Source of the DNA: Candidatus Latescibacterota bacterium | GTDB taxonomy: Bacteria; Latescibacterota; UBA2968; UBA8231 | Assembly (NCBI GenBank): GCA_963422735.1 | Contig: OY730476.1 | Span: forward strand, 2,976,001-3,040,000 | Reading direction: 5' to 3' | DNA length: 64,000 nucleotides | Part shown: in pieces, positions 40,306 through 51,303 of the stretch | Position numbering within the stretch: the stretch's first letter is position 1 | Layout: the number at the start of each line of letters is the position of its first letter | The notes under the pieces: generated by a model | Seen by the model: the letters and a program-made list of their open reading frames with translations, nothing else | Databases searched by the model: none | What the model was told of the DNA's origin: nothing | Program-made: the position numbers and the translations under genes

Positions 40306-41370
40306 CCTAACTACACGACAGCGATAATCGGGTACTGTGTAGTAGTTGGGTTTGTTTTTTTCTATTGTCGATGAGGTGTTGTATCGCATCAAGCCTTCGT
40401 CGAAAGAGGCTTTGGGCCAAGGCTCCATGTTTTCTGGTCGGCGTCGGTGCTCACCGACGAGCAGACTCCGCAGGAGGGTCAAGGCGAGTACCCCCACGAG
40501 TCGGAGGATTCGTTCGGGTGCCCGCAGGAGAGTCGTTTCTAGACCAAAGCCTTTGGACTTGAGAGAGCCGAACGCCGTCTCAGCCGCCCAGCGCGGTTGA
40601 TACAAAGCAACCACGGCGTCGAAATCTCTTCGATTGGTGGCCAAAAACAGGCGCGCTCCCTTGGGCGGACGATGGCATATAATATGAACCGCTACTGATT
40701 ATCGCCTCATATAAGCCGACGTTTTCATAGGCGCGGGTGGTGTTTTTGGGTTGGCGGCGGGTAGTATGCTCCAAGGGTCGGTAGCGTCCATCGGCGGTTT
40801 CCATCGTGTGGTTCGCCCGCAAGCAGATGACGAAATCCTCTTGGCACTGCAACATATGGCGAAGCCAATCGCCGCCAATACATTCTCGGTCGGCCAACAA
40901 GCAGCAGCGCGGCGCTGGCAGATAGCCTAACGATCGATCCAATAGGTGGATTGGGTCGTTCATCGAGGCGTCGTCCGTCCGACCCAAGGACATTGATTCA
41001 ATCGGGATCGAGACGCGCGGATGCACCACACCTAAGCACAACAGATTGCGACGGGTTGGGCCGTATGGCCAGTGGGTCCGATCCAAGGTCAACAAGACCT
41101 GCTTGCTCGGCTTGACCACGTGTCGCACCATCAGTTGGGTGCTTATCTGCGGCGACCACGTGCCGCCGAGAAATCGCTGCAAGCGGCGATACTGGCTGGT
41201 GATGGTAGCCGACCCTCAAACGGCGATGGCCACCTGCTTCATACTGACCGAACGGGTCTGCATCAACGCGTACAACAGACTGGGCAACAGGTCGAGTCAT
41301 CGAGCAAGTCCCTTGACGTAGCACCCGTTTTAACATCTGAATCATTTTCACAGTCAGTTCCAAGGGATTA
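40306..41370 (-). mobile_element. Degenerate IS4-family element (transposase pseudogene)
   Basis: YRRLQRF, LTLDRTHW, LLADRECIG..W, Y..RWAAETAFGSLKSKGFGLETT; internal stop and frameshifts; ends not resolved. Confidence 0.8.
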
Positions 41371-41453
41371 GCGTCGATGAATTCACGGCGGGATAATCCC
41401 GCTATTTCGGCCGCCCGGCTCTGGGAGACAAGCTCCATTTCGTACCATTTCAC
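41371..41453 (-). pseudogene. UPF0175-family fragment truncated by the IS
   Basis: KWYEMELVSQSRAAEIAGLSRREFIDA. Confidence 0.6.
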
Positions 41454-41463
41454 CGCTGAAACA

Positions 41464-41543
41464 CGCTTGCTTCACCCTGCCTTGTCACGCCAGCTATCTC
41501 GCCTACTTCACCGCGCCTTTAGGCGTGTTGACGTAAGCAAGCG
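41464..41543. repeat. Element containing dispersed repeat copy 4
   Basis: CGCTTGCTT...AAGCAAGCG inverted ends enclosing ACTTCACCGCGCCTTTAGGCG (41505-41525). Confidence 0.65.
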
Positions 41544-41662
41544 CGGAGTGGACTGACTAGGGTTTATCTCAAAACAAAACGCTCAAAACAGAAAGTTGAG
41601 TTTGCTTCGGCAGTAGGCTATCTTCCCTCTATGATCAACCTGACCGGAGGAGAACCACATCC

Positions 41663-42145
41663 ATGAACTGGATTGAAATGTGCCAAAACAAGGCCCTGCA
41701 GGACCTACCCTTCAAGATCGAACTAAACGAATGGGGGCAAATCACCATGACGCCGGCCTCAAATAAACACGGCCATATCCAAGTCCTCATCGCCTTCAAA
41801 TTGATGCAGCAAAAAACAGTAGGACGCGTCCTGACCGAGTGCTCGATCCAGACCAGCCAAGGCGTCAAAGTCGCTGATGCGGCTTGGGGTTCGGACGCCT
41901 TCTTCGCCCGCCACGGGATGGACACGCCCTATCTCCAAGCACCGGAACTATGCGTCGAAATCCGCTCGCCCTCTAACTCCATCGGCGAGATGCTGGCCAA
42001 GAAGGATCTGTACTTGGCGCGGGGTGCCCAAGAATTTTGGCTCGTTGACGAAGAAGGTCGCCTGAGCTTCTACTCCTATGGCGGTGAACAAGAGCAATCA
42101 ATCCTGTTCGCCGACTTTCCTTCAGCCCTAGCCGTTCCAGAGTAA
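41663..42145 (+). CDS. Uma2 (DUF820) family endonuclease-fold protein
   Basis: IELNEWGQITMTPA, GVKVADAAW, APELCVEIRSPSN, GAQEFWLVD. Confidence 0.9.
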   Translation: MNWIEMCQNKALQDLPFKIELNEWGQITMTPASNKHGHIQVLIAFKLMQQKTVGRVLTECSIQTSQGVKVADAAWGSDAFFARHGMDTPYLQAPELCVEIRSPSNSIGEMLAKKDLYLARGAQEFWLVDEEGRLSFYSYGGEQEQSILFADFPSALAVPE

Positions 42146-42308
42146 CTGTGCAGATGCATTCCGCCAAACAATTCGGCGCGGGACAAGCTGGCTAGGATAT
42201 AGTGCTGCATCAACTCCTGCAATTTTCACCGGGGCCACCGCAACACGCGCCGAGCGTGAACACCGAGACCGCGCGACCGCTGGCCCCGGCATCGCCAAGG
42301 GAGACCCC

Positions 42309-42542
42309 ATGACCGAACCCGTAACGCAGGCCCAAGCCCACGACCGCCGCATTGGACGGCTAGAAGGAATCGCCGAGCAGTTAGACCGTCGCTTGGACCG
42401 TATCGAGCGAGCCATCAACGCCACCAATGCCCGCATGGATGCCACTAATGCCTGCATTGAACGCTTAACCCGCTGGCTTATCGGCATCCCGCTTGCCAGC
42501 CTCATCGCGCTGGGTACGCTGATTTTGTCGCGCCAGCCCTAA
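42309..42542 (+). CDS. Small coiled-coil protein with C-terminal TM
   Basis: GGAG RBS; RIGRLEG..EQLDRRLDRIE, ATNARMDATNA, hydrophobic tail. Confidence 0.7.
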   Translation: MTEPVTQAQAHDRRIGRLEGIAEQLDRRLDRIERAINATNARMDATNACIERLTRWLIGIPLASLIALGTLILSRQP

Positions 42543-42578
42543 TCCGATCCGCACCCTCCTCTTTCCCGCAAACAACAG

Positions 42579-43829
42579 ATGATCAACGTACTGCGTCGCC
42601 AATTTATCGAGTGGGGCCTCGGCAAGGACTTCGGCGAAGACCTCGCTGCACTGGTCGGCTTGGTCTTGGTGGCCTTCGTCGCCTTGCTCGCCCATCGTCT
42701 AGCGAGAGGGCCTCTACTCCGCGGCCTCGACGCCATCATTCGTCGCACCGATATCCCTTGGGACGACGCCCTAATCGAGTGCCGGGTCCTACACCGGCTG
42801 GCCCATCTAGTCCCCGGCCTCATCTTCTACCACCTAGGGCCACTGGCTTTAGAAGGCCACCCCGTTTCAGTCAGTATCATCCAGACCGCGGCGCATATTT
42901 ATCTGGTGCTCTCCGGCTTACTAGCTATTGAGGCGTTGATAAGCGCGGGCGTCCGCATCTATCACAGCACTAGGGCCTCGCACGAAGTCTCCATTAAGGG
43001 GCTGGTGCAGTTTCTCAAGATTCTCCTCTACTTGCTCGGCGGCGTCATCGTCGTCTCAATCTTAAGCGGCCAATCGCCGCTTTACTTGCTCGGCGGCCTG
43101 ACGGCGACGACCGCGGTCCTACTCTTGATCTTCCGCGACTCGATCCTCGGGTTGGTCGCCGGCATCCAGATCTCGGTAAACCGCATGGTCGCCTACGGCG
43201 ACTGGATTGAAATGCCCCAATACGGGGCCGACGGCGACGTGCTCGACATAACGCTGACGACGGTCAAGGTCCAGAACTGGGACAAGACCATCACGACCAT
43301 CCCCACCTATGCGCTGATCAGTGAGTCGTTCAAAAACTGGCGCGGAATGCAAAACTCGGGTGGGCGGCGGATCAAGCGGGCGATCTACCTCGATGTCAGC
43401 ACCATCGAGTTTTGCGACGAGGAAATGATCACCCGCTTCGCCAAAATCCAGTACATCACCGCCCATATTGAGCGGAAGAAGAAAGAGCTAGCCGCATACA
43501 ACAAGCTCAACCAAGTGGACCTTTCGCATCTGGTAAATGGCCGGCGCATGACCAATATCGGCACCTTCCGCGCATACGTATGGGCCTATCTGCAAAACCA
43601 TCCGCAGATCAACCAAGAGATGACCTTTTTGGTGCGTCAGCTAGCTCCGACCTCCAAGGGGCTACCCATTGAAATCTATGTCTTCTGCAAGGATAAGGTC
43701 TGGGCTAACTACGAGGCGATTCAGGCCGACATTTTCGACCACCTCTTCGCCATTGTGCCCGCCTTTGATTTGCGGGTTTTTCAGGAGCCGACGGGGACGG
43801 ATTTTCGCACGCTGGGGACACCGCAGTAA
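42579..43829 (+). CDS. Mechanosensitive channel MscS family (YbdG/MscM-like)
   Basis: LLLIFRDSILGLVAGIQ, GDWIEMP.YGADG, VQNWDKTITTIPTY, SFKNWRGM..SGGRRIKR. Confidence 0.95.
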   Translation: MINVLRRQFIEWGLGKDFGEDLAALVGLVLVAFVALLAHRLARGPLLRGLDAIIRRTDIPWDDALIECRVLHRLAHLVPGLIFYHLGPLALEGHPVSVSIIQTAAHIYLVLSGLLAIEALISAGVRIYHSTRASHEVSIKGLVQFLKILLYLLGGVIVVSILSGQSPLYLLGGLTATTAVLLLIFRDSILGLVAGIQISVNRMVAYGDWIEMPQYGADGDVLDITLTTVKVQNWDKTITTIPTYALISESFKNWRGMQNSGGRRIKRAIYLDVSTIEFCDEEMITRFAKIQYITAHIERKKKELAAYNKLNQVDLSHLVNGRRMTNIGTFRAYVWAYLQNHPQINQEMTFLVRQLAPTSKGLPIEIYVFCKDKVWANYEAIQADIFDHLFAIVPAFDLRVFQEPTGTDFRTLGTPQ

Positions 43830-43960
43830 GATGAGAAGCGTTGGCCTTAGTTGGCCTTTGGATGGCTTGCATCAGCCGACCGTTTCGCCTAATCAACTGA
43901 CGTTATGCAGTCAGACAAGTCAGCAAATAGATCAATAGACGAATTCCATCCTGTCTCGAC

Positions 43961-44022
43961 AGGGCAACCACGAGAGTTGCCCCTACCGCATCGCCGTAGG
44001 GGCCGTCCCTTGTGGCAGCCCT
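43961..44022. repeat. Inverted pair of GTAG-type REP elements
   Basis: GTAGGGGCAACTCTCGTGGTTGCCCT (minus, 43961-43986) and GTAGGGGCCGTCCCTTGTGGCAGCCCT (plus, 43996-44022). Confidence 0.7.
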
Positions 44023-44032
44023 TAGGATCCCT

Positions 44033-44545
44033 ATGTCCACTGAACACTTGCTCTACACCACCGCGTCCAGTTTCATCGGCGAGCTGTTCATAGCCGGCGA
44101 CCGCACCGGCTTGCGGCACATCCAGTTCAAGGGCCGCGACTTTACCCCGCCGCCGGATTGGCAGGCCGTGGCTACCTTGCCCTATCCGGTCGTCGAACAG
44201 CTTGATTCTTACTTCGCCGGGCACCTGCGAGACTTCGATCTGCCGCTCCATCCCCAAGGAACGGCGTTTCAGCGCAAAGTCTGGGCCGCACTCTTGGAGA
44301 TTTCCTACGGCGAGACGATTTCCTACTTGGAGCTAGCCCGCCGCATAGGCAACCCAAGCTCGGTCCGCGCCATTGGCTTGGCCAACGGCAGGAATCCCCT
44401 GCCGATTGTCGTGCCTTGTCACCGCGTCATTGGCAGCAACGGCGCACTAGTCGGCTACGCCGGAGGGCTGCCGATCAAAAGAGCACTACTCGCCCTTGAA
44501 GGTGCGCTTGTTCCTCAACTCGGTCTCTTTTCAGACGATTTCTAA
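44033..44545 (+). CDS. ogt: Methylated-DNA-protein-cysteine methyltransferase
   Basis: GTAFQRKVW, NPLPIVVPCHRVIG, GYAGGL. Confidence 0.96.
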   Translation: MSTEHLLYTTASSFIGELFIAGDRTGLRHIQFKGRDFTPPPDWQAVATLPYPVVEQLDSYFAGHLRDFDLPLHPQGTAFQRKVWAALLEISYGETISYLELARRIGNPSSVRAIGLANGRNPLPIVVPCHRVIGSNGALVGYAGGLPIKRALLALEGALVPQLGLFSDDF

Positions 44546-44558
44546 GGCTGGAGGTCTC

Positions 44559-45659
44559 ATGTCCACGTATCGCGTTGCTATCATAGGCACGGGGCGCGTC
44601 GGCTATCAGTTCAGTTTTTCCGACCTGCCCGACAACCACGCCGCCGCCGTTGTTCAACATCCCTCCTGCGAGTTGGTCGCCGGTGTCAACCGGGGGCGCG
44701 AAAAGCTCGATGCCTTCGGCGAGCGCTTAGGCGTGGAGGCACTCTACCACGACTATCGGCAAATGCTCGCCGAGGTCCAACCCGACATCTGCATCGTCGC
44801 CACCCACCCCGAGCTCCACACCGAAATGGTCACTAGCTGCGCCCGTGCCTCCTCGACGCGAGCTATCATCTGCGAAAAGCCGATGGCTCTCTCGCTGGGG
44901 GAATGCGACCAGATGATAGCGGCCTGCCAAGCGGGGGACGTGCTTTTGCAGATCAATCACAACCGCCGCTGGCACTCCGAGTGGGTTCTCGCCAAAACGC
45001 TCCTCGACGAGGGAGCTATCGGCGAGCTAAACCACATCTACTGCTACATGGACGGGGGCAAGCCAGCACCTTGGTGGCGCAGCGAGAACGAAGGTCCCTT
45101 ACTGCACGATTTCACCCACTATTTCGACCTGATGGATCTCTACGCCGGCGAAGTGGATTGGCTGTGCGGCATGGCTGAACAGCGCATGCGCCCTTGGGCT
45201 GTCGAGGATTTTTCGGCGGCTATGCTCAAATTCAAAGGGAGGGCCACTGGGCTGATCTGCGGTGCCGAGCTGACGCAGTACAACGATAACGCCTTCGAGC
45301 TGCGCGGCACGACCGGCCTGATCCGCATGGACCTCGAGCAAATCCGCCTTTTTCAGTCTAAGGTCTCGCTGTCCGAGCCTGACAGCGGCTTTGAGTGGAG
45401 CAGCCTCGAAGAAATCGAAGTCGAGCGGCCGGCTCCGGTCTCTACGTACGTCGTAGCACTGTCCGAGCTGATTGGCGCCCTTGAAAGCCGCGGCACCTTG
45501 CGCAGCGACGGCACTGTGGGTCGCCGCTCGTTGGAAATGGTCATGGCCATCTATCAGTCGCAGCTAGAGGGCAATCGCCCCGTTCACTTCCCCGTCTCGC
45601 TCGCCGAATCCGGCGTCGAGGCACTGCGTCGGACTGGGCGTTTTCAAGCAAAAAACTAA
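44559..45659 (+). CDS. Gfo/Idh/MocA oxidoreductase
   Basis: AIIGTGRVG, CEKPMA, NHNRRW, HDFTHYFD. Confidence 0.92.
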   Translation: MSTYRVAIIGTGRVGYQFSFSDLPDNHAAAVVQHPSCELVAGVNRGREKLDAFGERLGVEALYHDYRQMLAEVQPDICIVATHPELHTEMVTSCARASSTRAIICEKPMALSLGECDQMIAACQAGDVLLQINHNRRWHSEWVLAKTLLDEGAIGELNHIYCYMDGGKPAPWWRSENEGPLLHDFTHYFDLMDLYAGEVDWLCGMAEQRMRPWAVEDFSAAMLKFKGRATGLICGAELTQYNDNAFELRGTTGLIRMDLEQIRLFQSKVSLSEPDSGFEWSSLEEIEVERPAPVSTYVVALSELIGALESRGTLRSDGTVGRRSLEMVMAIYQSQLEGNRPVHFPVSLAESGVEALRRTGRFQAKN

Positions 45660-45694
45660 ACCTTGAGGCAAGGCGTCATTCGGCGACACATCGC

Positions 45695-46024
45695 CTATCC
45701 CTGCGTTGGGCACTGAGCAGTCCGAAGCATACCCATAGCACTCGTTCGTCTCGGCTTCAAAGGCGTTTTATACGCGGAGTAAATTACGAATTCCCAAGGA
45801 CCGCCGCAGGGCTTGGAACCCAAGCCTGAGTAGCGACAATCCTCAACTGACGCGCCCGCGCGGTCGCCGACAAGCGCGTCGATTTCCTGTCGCATCTCCG
45901 CTAGCTATGCACGGTCACCATCCTCGGTCCGCTGGTCGCCATTGTTGTCTCCAGCGATAGGATCAGAGTCGCCACAAGCGACGAGGGAAACGGCAATTAG
46001 TGCCGCCGCAACCAAGTATCGCAT
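45695..46024 (-). pseudogene. Lipoprotein gene with in-frame TAG
   Basis: MRYLVAAALIAVSLVAC lipobox, TAG at 45905-45907, continuing DCRYSGLGSKPCGGPWEFVIYS. Confidence 0.6.
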
Positions 46025-46083
46025 GATCTTCCGCTCTGTTAAAAGATACCTAACCTGCTTGCCATTCAAGTCGACCGCTAGCG

Positions 46084-47061
46084 CTAGAATGCACGATCTT
46101 CAAGCGAAAGATTCCCCCACCGCGTAGCGATAACTGCATCCGCAAAAATCTGCCCTAAGTGAAACACAATACAAGGTATTGCTATCAACCCCTTCTGCTC
46201 GGGCGACACCGCTGAGTCCGGCAAAAATGCCAGCACCGTCATCGCCACCGGCAAGGTCTTCTGGCTCGCCATCAGCACAATGGCCTTGCGCGCCGCCGCC
46301 TCAAGTTGCAAAAGCACACAAGCACCACCGTTGAGCAGCAGATAGAGCGCGTGGATTGCCAGTCCAGACAACACCAGAATCAACAAGCTCACCGGCTCTA
46401 CCTCGACTAGCCGTCCAGAAGACTCGCTGAATTTCATCCACGGAATTGAGATCAGCACCGCGTTGCTGGCCAAACTCAACCGCGAGCGCTGGGCGTTGAT
46501 CCAATCAACGGCGAAGCGCCGCAGGTACTTGCCGACGCCCAAGGGCAGCAAGATCGAAAGACAGAGTTTGGCGAACAGATCGCTGGCCGAAAGCTCGACC
46601 TGGCCTAAGGAACTCAGAAGATGCGCTAACACGAAGGGTACCGTGAAGATGCCGGCAATATTGGTCAGCACCGTCAAAAGCAAGGCCAAGGCTACGTTGC
46701 CTCGGGCCTGCGCCGTCAACGCCACGCCCGAGGTCAGGGTAGTTGGCATGCAGCAGAATAGTGCCAGACCGAATTGGAAGGCGGGATTCATTGGGATCTG
46801 AAATGCGATTGCTGCGCCCAGAAAGGGCGTAGCGAAGAGAATCGAAACACACCCCCAAGACGTCGCCTTCCACGCGACGAGGGCAGCGTGGGCTTCGTCG
46901 GTTTTCAGCATCAGTCCCGAAAGAAAAAAGATAATACTGACCGCGACGTACTGAGTGGGCAACCCAGCCATGTACTTGCCCGGCGTCGGAAAGAAGACGC
47001 CTACCACGGCCGCGGTCACTAGACCGATGGGGAGAAATTGACTCTGTAGTAAACCCAGCAT
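46084..47061 (-). CDS. Bile acid:sodium symporter (SBF-like) family transporter
   Basis: IFFLSGL, CMPTTLTSGV..T..ARGN, SQKTLPVA; many TMs. Confidence 0.9.
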   Translation of the reverse strand: MLGLLQSQFLPIGLVTAAVVGVFFPTPGKYMAGLPTQYVAVSIIFFLSGLMLKTDEAHAALVAWKATSWGCVSILFATPFLGAAIAFQIPMNPAFQFGLALFCCMPTTLTSGVALTAQARGNVALALLLTVLTNIAGIFTVPFVLAHLLSSLGQVELSASDLFAKLCLSILLPLGVGKYLRRFAVDWINAQRSRLSLASNAVLISIPWMKFSESSGRLVEVEPVSLLILVLSGLAIHALYLLLNGGACVLLQLEAAARKAIVLMASQKTLPVAMTVLAFLPDSAVSPEQKGLIAIPCIVFHLGQIFADAVIATRWGNLSLEDRAF

Positions 47062-47174
47062 GATCGTCTCACAAAAAAGGGCCGGACGATGTCCGACCCG
47101 ATCCGTGCAGCTATGCGATCTGGCTCTTGCTCACTCTCTGCTAGAGCAACTATGGGGCAGAGCTCGCAGAGATT

Positions 47175-47660
47175 TCACGCTTCCGCGTCGCCATTGCGGG
47201 AATCTATGGCACCTTCGCGGAACATCTGGAGAAACCCGTTGGCCGCCGGTTTTTCCGAAAACAACACGCGCAAAAAACGGACCAGCCGCATCCGCGCTTC
47301 CGTGCTGATTAGGTGTTCGACCTTGCAAGCGTCAATCATTGCGTCGTCCTCGTCCATACCGAGGCCGTCTCTGAGAAACCGCTGCACGACCAAGCGCGTT
47401 TCCTCGACCTCCTGCACCACTCTCAAGCCCTGTTCGGTAAGTTCAAGGAAGCGATTGAGGTCCTCTTGCACATAGCCGCGCTCCTTGAGGTGCTTCATTG
47501 TCGTCGAGACGCTGCCTTTGGTGATGCTCAGGTGCTTGGCGATATCCGAGACGCGCGCGTACCCGTGCGCCTCGCGCAGCTCGTGGATCGCCATCAGGTG
47601 ATGCGCAGCACTGTGGCTTAGTTCGTTTTCTTCGTAGGCTCTCCAGACTTCCTCAAACAT
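47175..47660 (-). CDS. DtxR/MntR family metal-dependent regulator
   Basis: ARVSDIAKHLSITKGSVS wHTH, LTEQG, DACKVEHLIS. Confidence 0.92.
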   Translation of the reverse strand: MFEEVWRAYEENELSHSAAHHLMAIHELREAHGYARVSDIAKHLSITKGSVSTTMKHLKERGYVQEDLNRFLELTEQGLRVVQEVEETRLVVQRFLRDGLGMDEDDAMIDACKVEHLISTEARMRLVRFLRVLFSEKPAANGFLQMFREGAIDSRNGDAEA

Positions 47661-47708
47661 ACATTTCGCCTTTCTGCCTCCGCCAAAGTCGCAGAGCCTC
47701 GTATTGAG

Positions 47709-48782
<1,074 letters not shown>

Positions 48783-49041
48783 CTATACGACTATCCAAAG
48801 GGATATAGTACCAGGCGGATGAACGGAACTTTACAGCCCGCTGTAAAAACTTATATTGCACAATTGTGGGAAGCGTACAAGGCGGGCAAATCAGACTTGA
48901 TTCTCAACTTTTGCGTTGCAAAAAGCTAATGAATAAACCCAACCCCAGCAAGAGCACTGCCGTTGACCGAGATGCGCGACGGACCAAGCCGTTGTGGGCT
49001 AGGCTGGAGGGCGGGGAGGACGATTAGAGAACAGAGAAGCG

Positions 49042-50454
49042 ATGCGAGAGGAAGGCATAACCTTGGAAAAGGTGCTGCTGTGCATCGACGAGCAGCAGCG
49101 AACCTATGTCGAACAACTGAAAGCCTTTGTCCGCATTCCCAGCGTCAGTGCTGGTGCCGATGCTGCCACAGGCGATGGCCTCGCCCGGGCGGCCGACTTC
49201 CTCGTCGGCCAATTTAACCAAATGGGGTTTGGGGTCGAGAAGATCCAAGTCAGGGGCGCTACGAACCCCCTAGTCCTCGCCCGTAGCCCCGCGTTCTCGC
49301 CAGATCGACCCACCGTCTTGGTCTATGGCCATTACGACGTGCAAGGGGTGGACAATCCGCGCTCGGCTTGGAAGGTGGACCCCTTTGCCGCCGAGGAGCG
49401 GGACGGCTTCCTCATCGCCCGGGGAGCCAGCGACAATAAGGGACCCTGCTTCGCGCATCTGAAGGCAAGCGAGGCCGTCTTCGCTAGTGGATGCCAGCTT
49501 CCGTTCGATTTGGTCTTCCTGATCGAAGGCGAGGAGGAATGCGGCAGCTCTGCGCTGAGCCAGTTTGTGGCCGAGGGCGGGCTTGACGAATTTGCCCCGG
49601 TGCTCTGTACGGTGATTTCCGACACCAGCATGTACGGGCCGGACCAGCCCTCCCTGACTGTGGGTCTGCGCGGCATTGTCTATACCGAAATCGAGGTTTT
49701 TGGACCGGTGCAGGATGTACACTCCGGCCTTTTTGGCGGCATTGTCCACAATCCCAACCAACTTCTCGTCAACGCCTTGGCCGGCCTCATTGGCGCCGAA
49801 GGGCGCATTGCTGTGCCCGGTTTCTACGAGGGAGTGCAGCCGCTCTCGGCCCGCGAAAAAAGCCTCTACGCCGCTCTCGTGGTTGACGAGGGTGCTTATT
49901 GCCGCACCTTGGGCGTGACCTCGCTGGCGGGAGAGCAAGAGTACTCCGTCCTCGAAAGGCGCTGGACCCGTCCCACGCTCGACATCAACCTCCTCAGCGG
50001 CGGCAGCCCGCGCACCGTCATCCCGGCCACCGCTCGCGCTGCTGTCTCTTGCCGATTAGTGCCCGACCAAAACCCCGAGCACATCCAAGCCACTCTCGAA
50101 GGACACATCCGCGCCCGTCTGCCCGCAGGCACCCGCGTCGAGTTCAAAAACCAGCATTACTCACCGGCTTACTACTTGGACCTAGACCATCCCCTAGTCG
50201 AGCCGGCACTTGAGGCCATGCGCAAGGGATTCGGAGTCGAGCCGGTATTTACTCGCGAGGGCGGCTCCATTCCCATCGTCGTCGATATTGCCGCCGCAAC
50301 TAGGGCACCGATCCTGCTCATTGGTCTAGGGCAAATTACCGACAACTGGCACGGCCCCAACGAGCGCTTTTCCACGTGCGACTTTCACTGCGGCATCCGC
50401 ACTTCAGCCGCGCTCTTATGCGAGTTGGCGCGAGCATCTCAGCGCTCAACATAG
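49042..50454 (+). CDS. M20/M25/M40 family dipeptidase
   Basis: YGHYDVQ, ARGASDNKG, IEGEEECGS, HSGLFGG, GGSIP, HGPNE. Confidence 0.93.
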   Translation: MREEGITLEKVLLCIDEQQRTYVEQLKAFVRIPSVSAGADAATGDGLARAADFLVGQFNQMGFGVEKIQVRGATNPLVLARSPAFSPDRPTVLVYGHYDVQGVDNPRSAWKVDPFAAEERDGFLIARGASDNKGPCFAHLKASEAVFASGCQLPFDLVFLIEGEEECGSSALSQFVAEGGLDEFAPVLCTVISDTSMYGPDQPSLTVGLRGIVYTEIEVFGPVQDVHSGLFGGIVHNPNQLLVNALAGLIGAEGRIAVPGFYEGVQPLSAREKSLYAALVVDEGAYCRTLGVTSLAGEQEYSVLERRWTRPTLDINLLSGGSPRTVIPATARAAVSCRLVPDQNPEHIQATLEGHIRARLPAGTRVEFKNQHYSPAYYLDLDHPLVEPALEAMRKGFGVEPVFTREGGSIPIVVDIAAATRAPILLIGLGQITDNWHGPNERFSTCDFHCGIRTSAALLCELARASQRST

Positions 50455-50487
50455 TCCCGCCACCCTGCACAAGACAAGGAACCACCT

Positions 50488-51303
50488 GTGTCTCTCTCCC
50501 ACGCCCAAGTAACCCATTTCAAAAACCACGGCTACACTGTGGTTCCAGATTTCTTTGGTCCCCGCGAAGTCCGAGCCATGCAAGCCGAAGTCGAGCGCTT
50601 CAAACGCGAGGGCTTGGTCCGCAATGTCGCCACTGAGGGCGACGGTAAGACCCCCTCCACCACTAAGGTCAACCTGCAACTAATTCCCCTGTACGACAAA
50701 AGCGATCTCATCCGCGCCGTGCCCTTTGACGAAAAAGTTACCGTCGCCGTCTCACAACTCATCGGCACTCCCTTCATCTTGCATCTAGATCAGATGTTTC
50801 TCAAGCCGGCTGGGCACGGCATCGGCACGGACTGGCACCAAGATAACGCCTATTTCAAAATAGACGACCCTTTAAAAGGTACTGCCATGTGGGTTGCCGT
50901 TCACGACGCAACCATCGGGAATGGCACCATCCACGTCGTGCATGACTCCTTCAAGGAGGAGTACCCGCACGACCGCGACCCCTACTCCGACCATCACATC
51001 CACTGCCAAGTACCTGAGGAGTGCGCCGTGCCCATTGAGCTAAAAGCCGGCGGCGTCGCCTTCTTCTGCTACGGCACCGCCCACTCTACCAAGGCAAACA
51101 CCACCAATTGCGAGCGCGCCGGACTTGCCTTCCACTTCCTGCACACCACCTGCGTTGAGCGCACCAACCTCATCGCCGAAAGACGCGGCCAGCCCATCTT
51201 GGTGGGACCGGAAGCCACTGGTGGCGAAGCCGAATACGGCGTACGAGTCGCTGGGACTTGGGAACGGGAAATCGAGCGCGTCCTCAAGGAAGCAACCAAC
51301 TAA
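50488..51303 (+). CDS. Phytanoyl-CoA dioxygenase family protein
   Basis: FLKP, WHQDNAYF, WVAVHDATIGNG, HSTKAN..ERAG. Confidence 0.9.
   Translation: MSLSHAQVTHFKNHGYTVVPDFFGPREVRAMQAEVERFKREGLVRNVATEGDGKTPSTTKVNLQLIPLYDKSDLIRAVPFDEKVTVAVSQLIGTPFILHLDQMFLKPAGHGIGTDWHQDNAYFKIDDPLKGTAMWVAVHDATIGNGTIHVVHDSFKEEYPHDRDPYSDHHIHCQVPEECAVPIELKAGGVAFFCYGTAHSTKANTTNCERAGLAFHFLHTTCVERTNLIAERRGQPILVGPEATGGEAEYGVRVAGTWEREIERVLKEATN

Noticed and set aside
41200-41300. In-frame TGA in the transposase as selenocysteine
   Set aside because: The gene also has frameshifts and the position is not an evident catalytic Cys.
45905-45907. In-frame TAG as pyrrolysine or stop-codon reassignment
   Set aside because: TAG is the commonest true stop here, no pyl genes are seen, and a simple nonsense mutation suffices.
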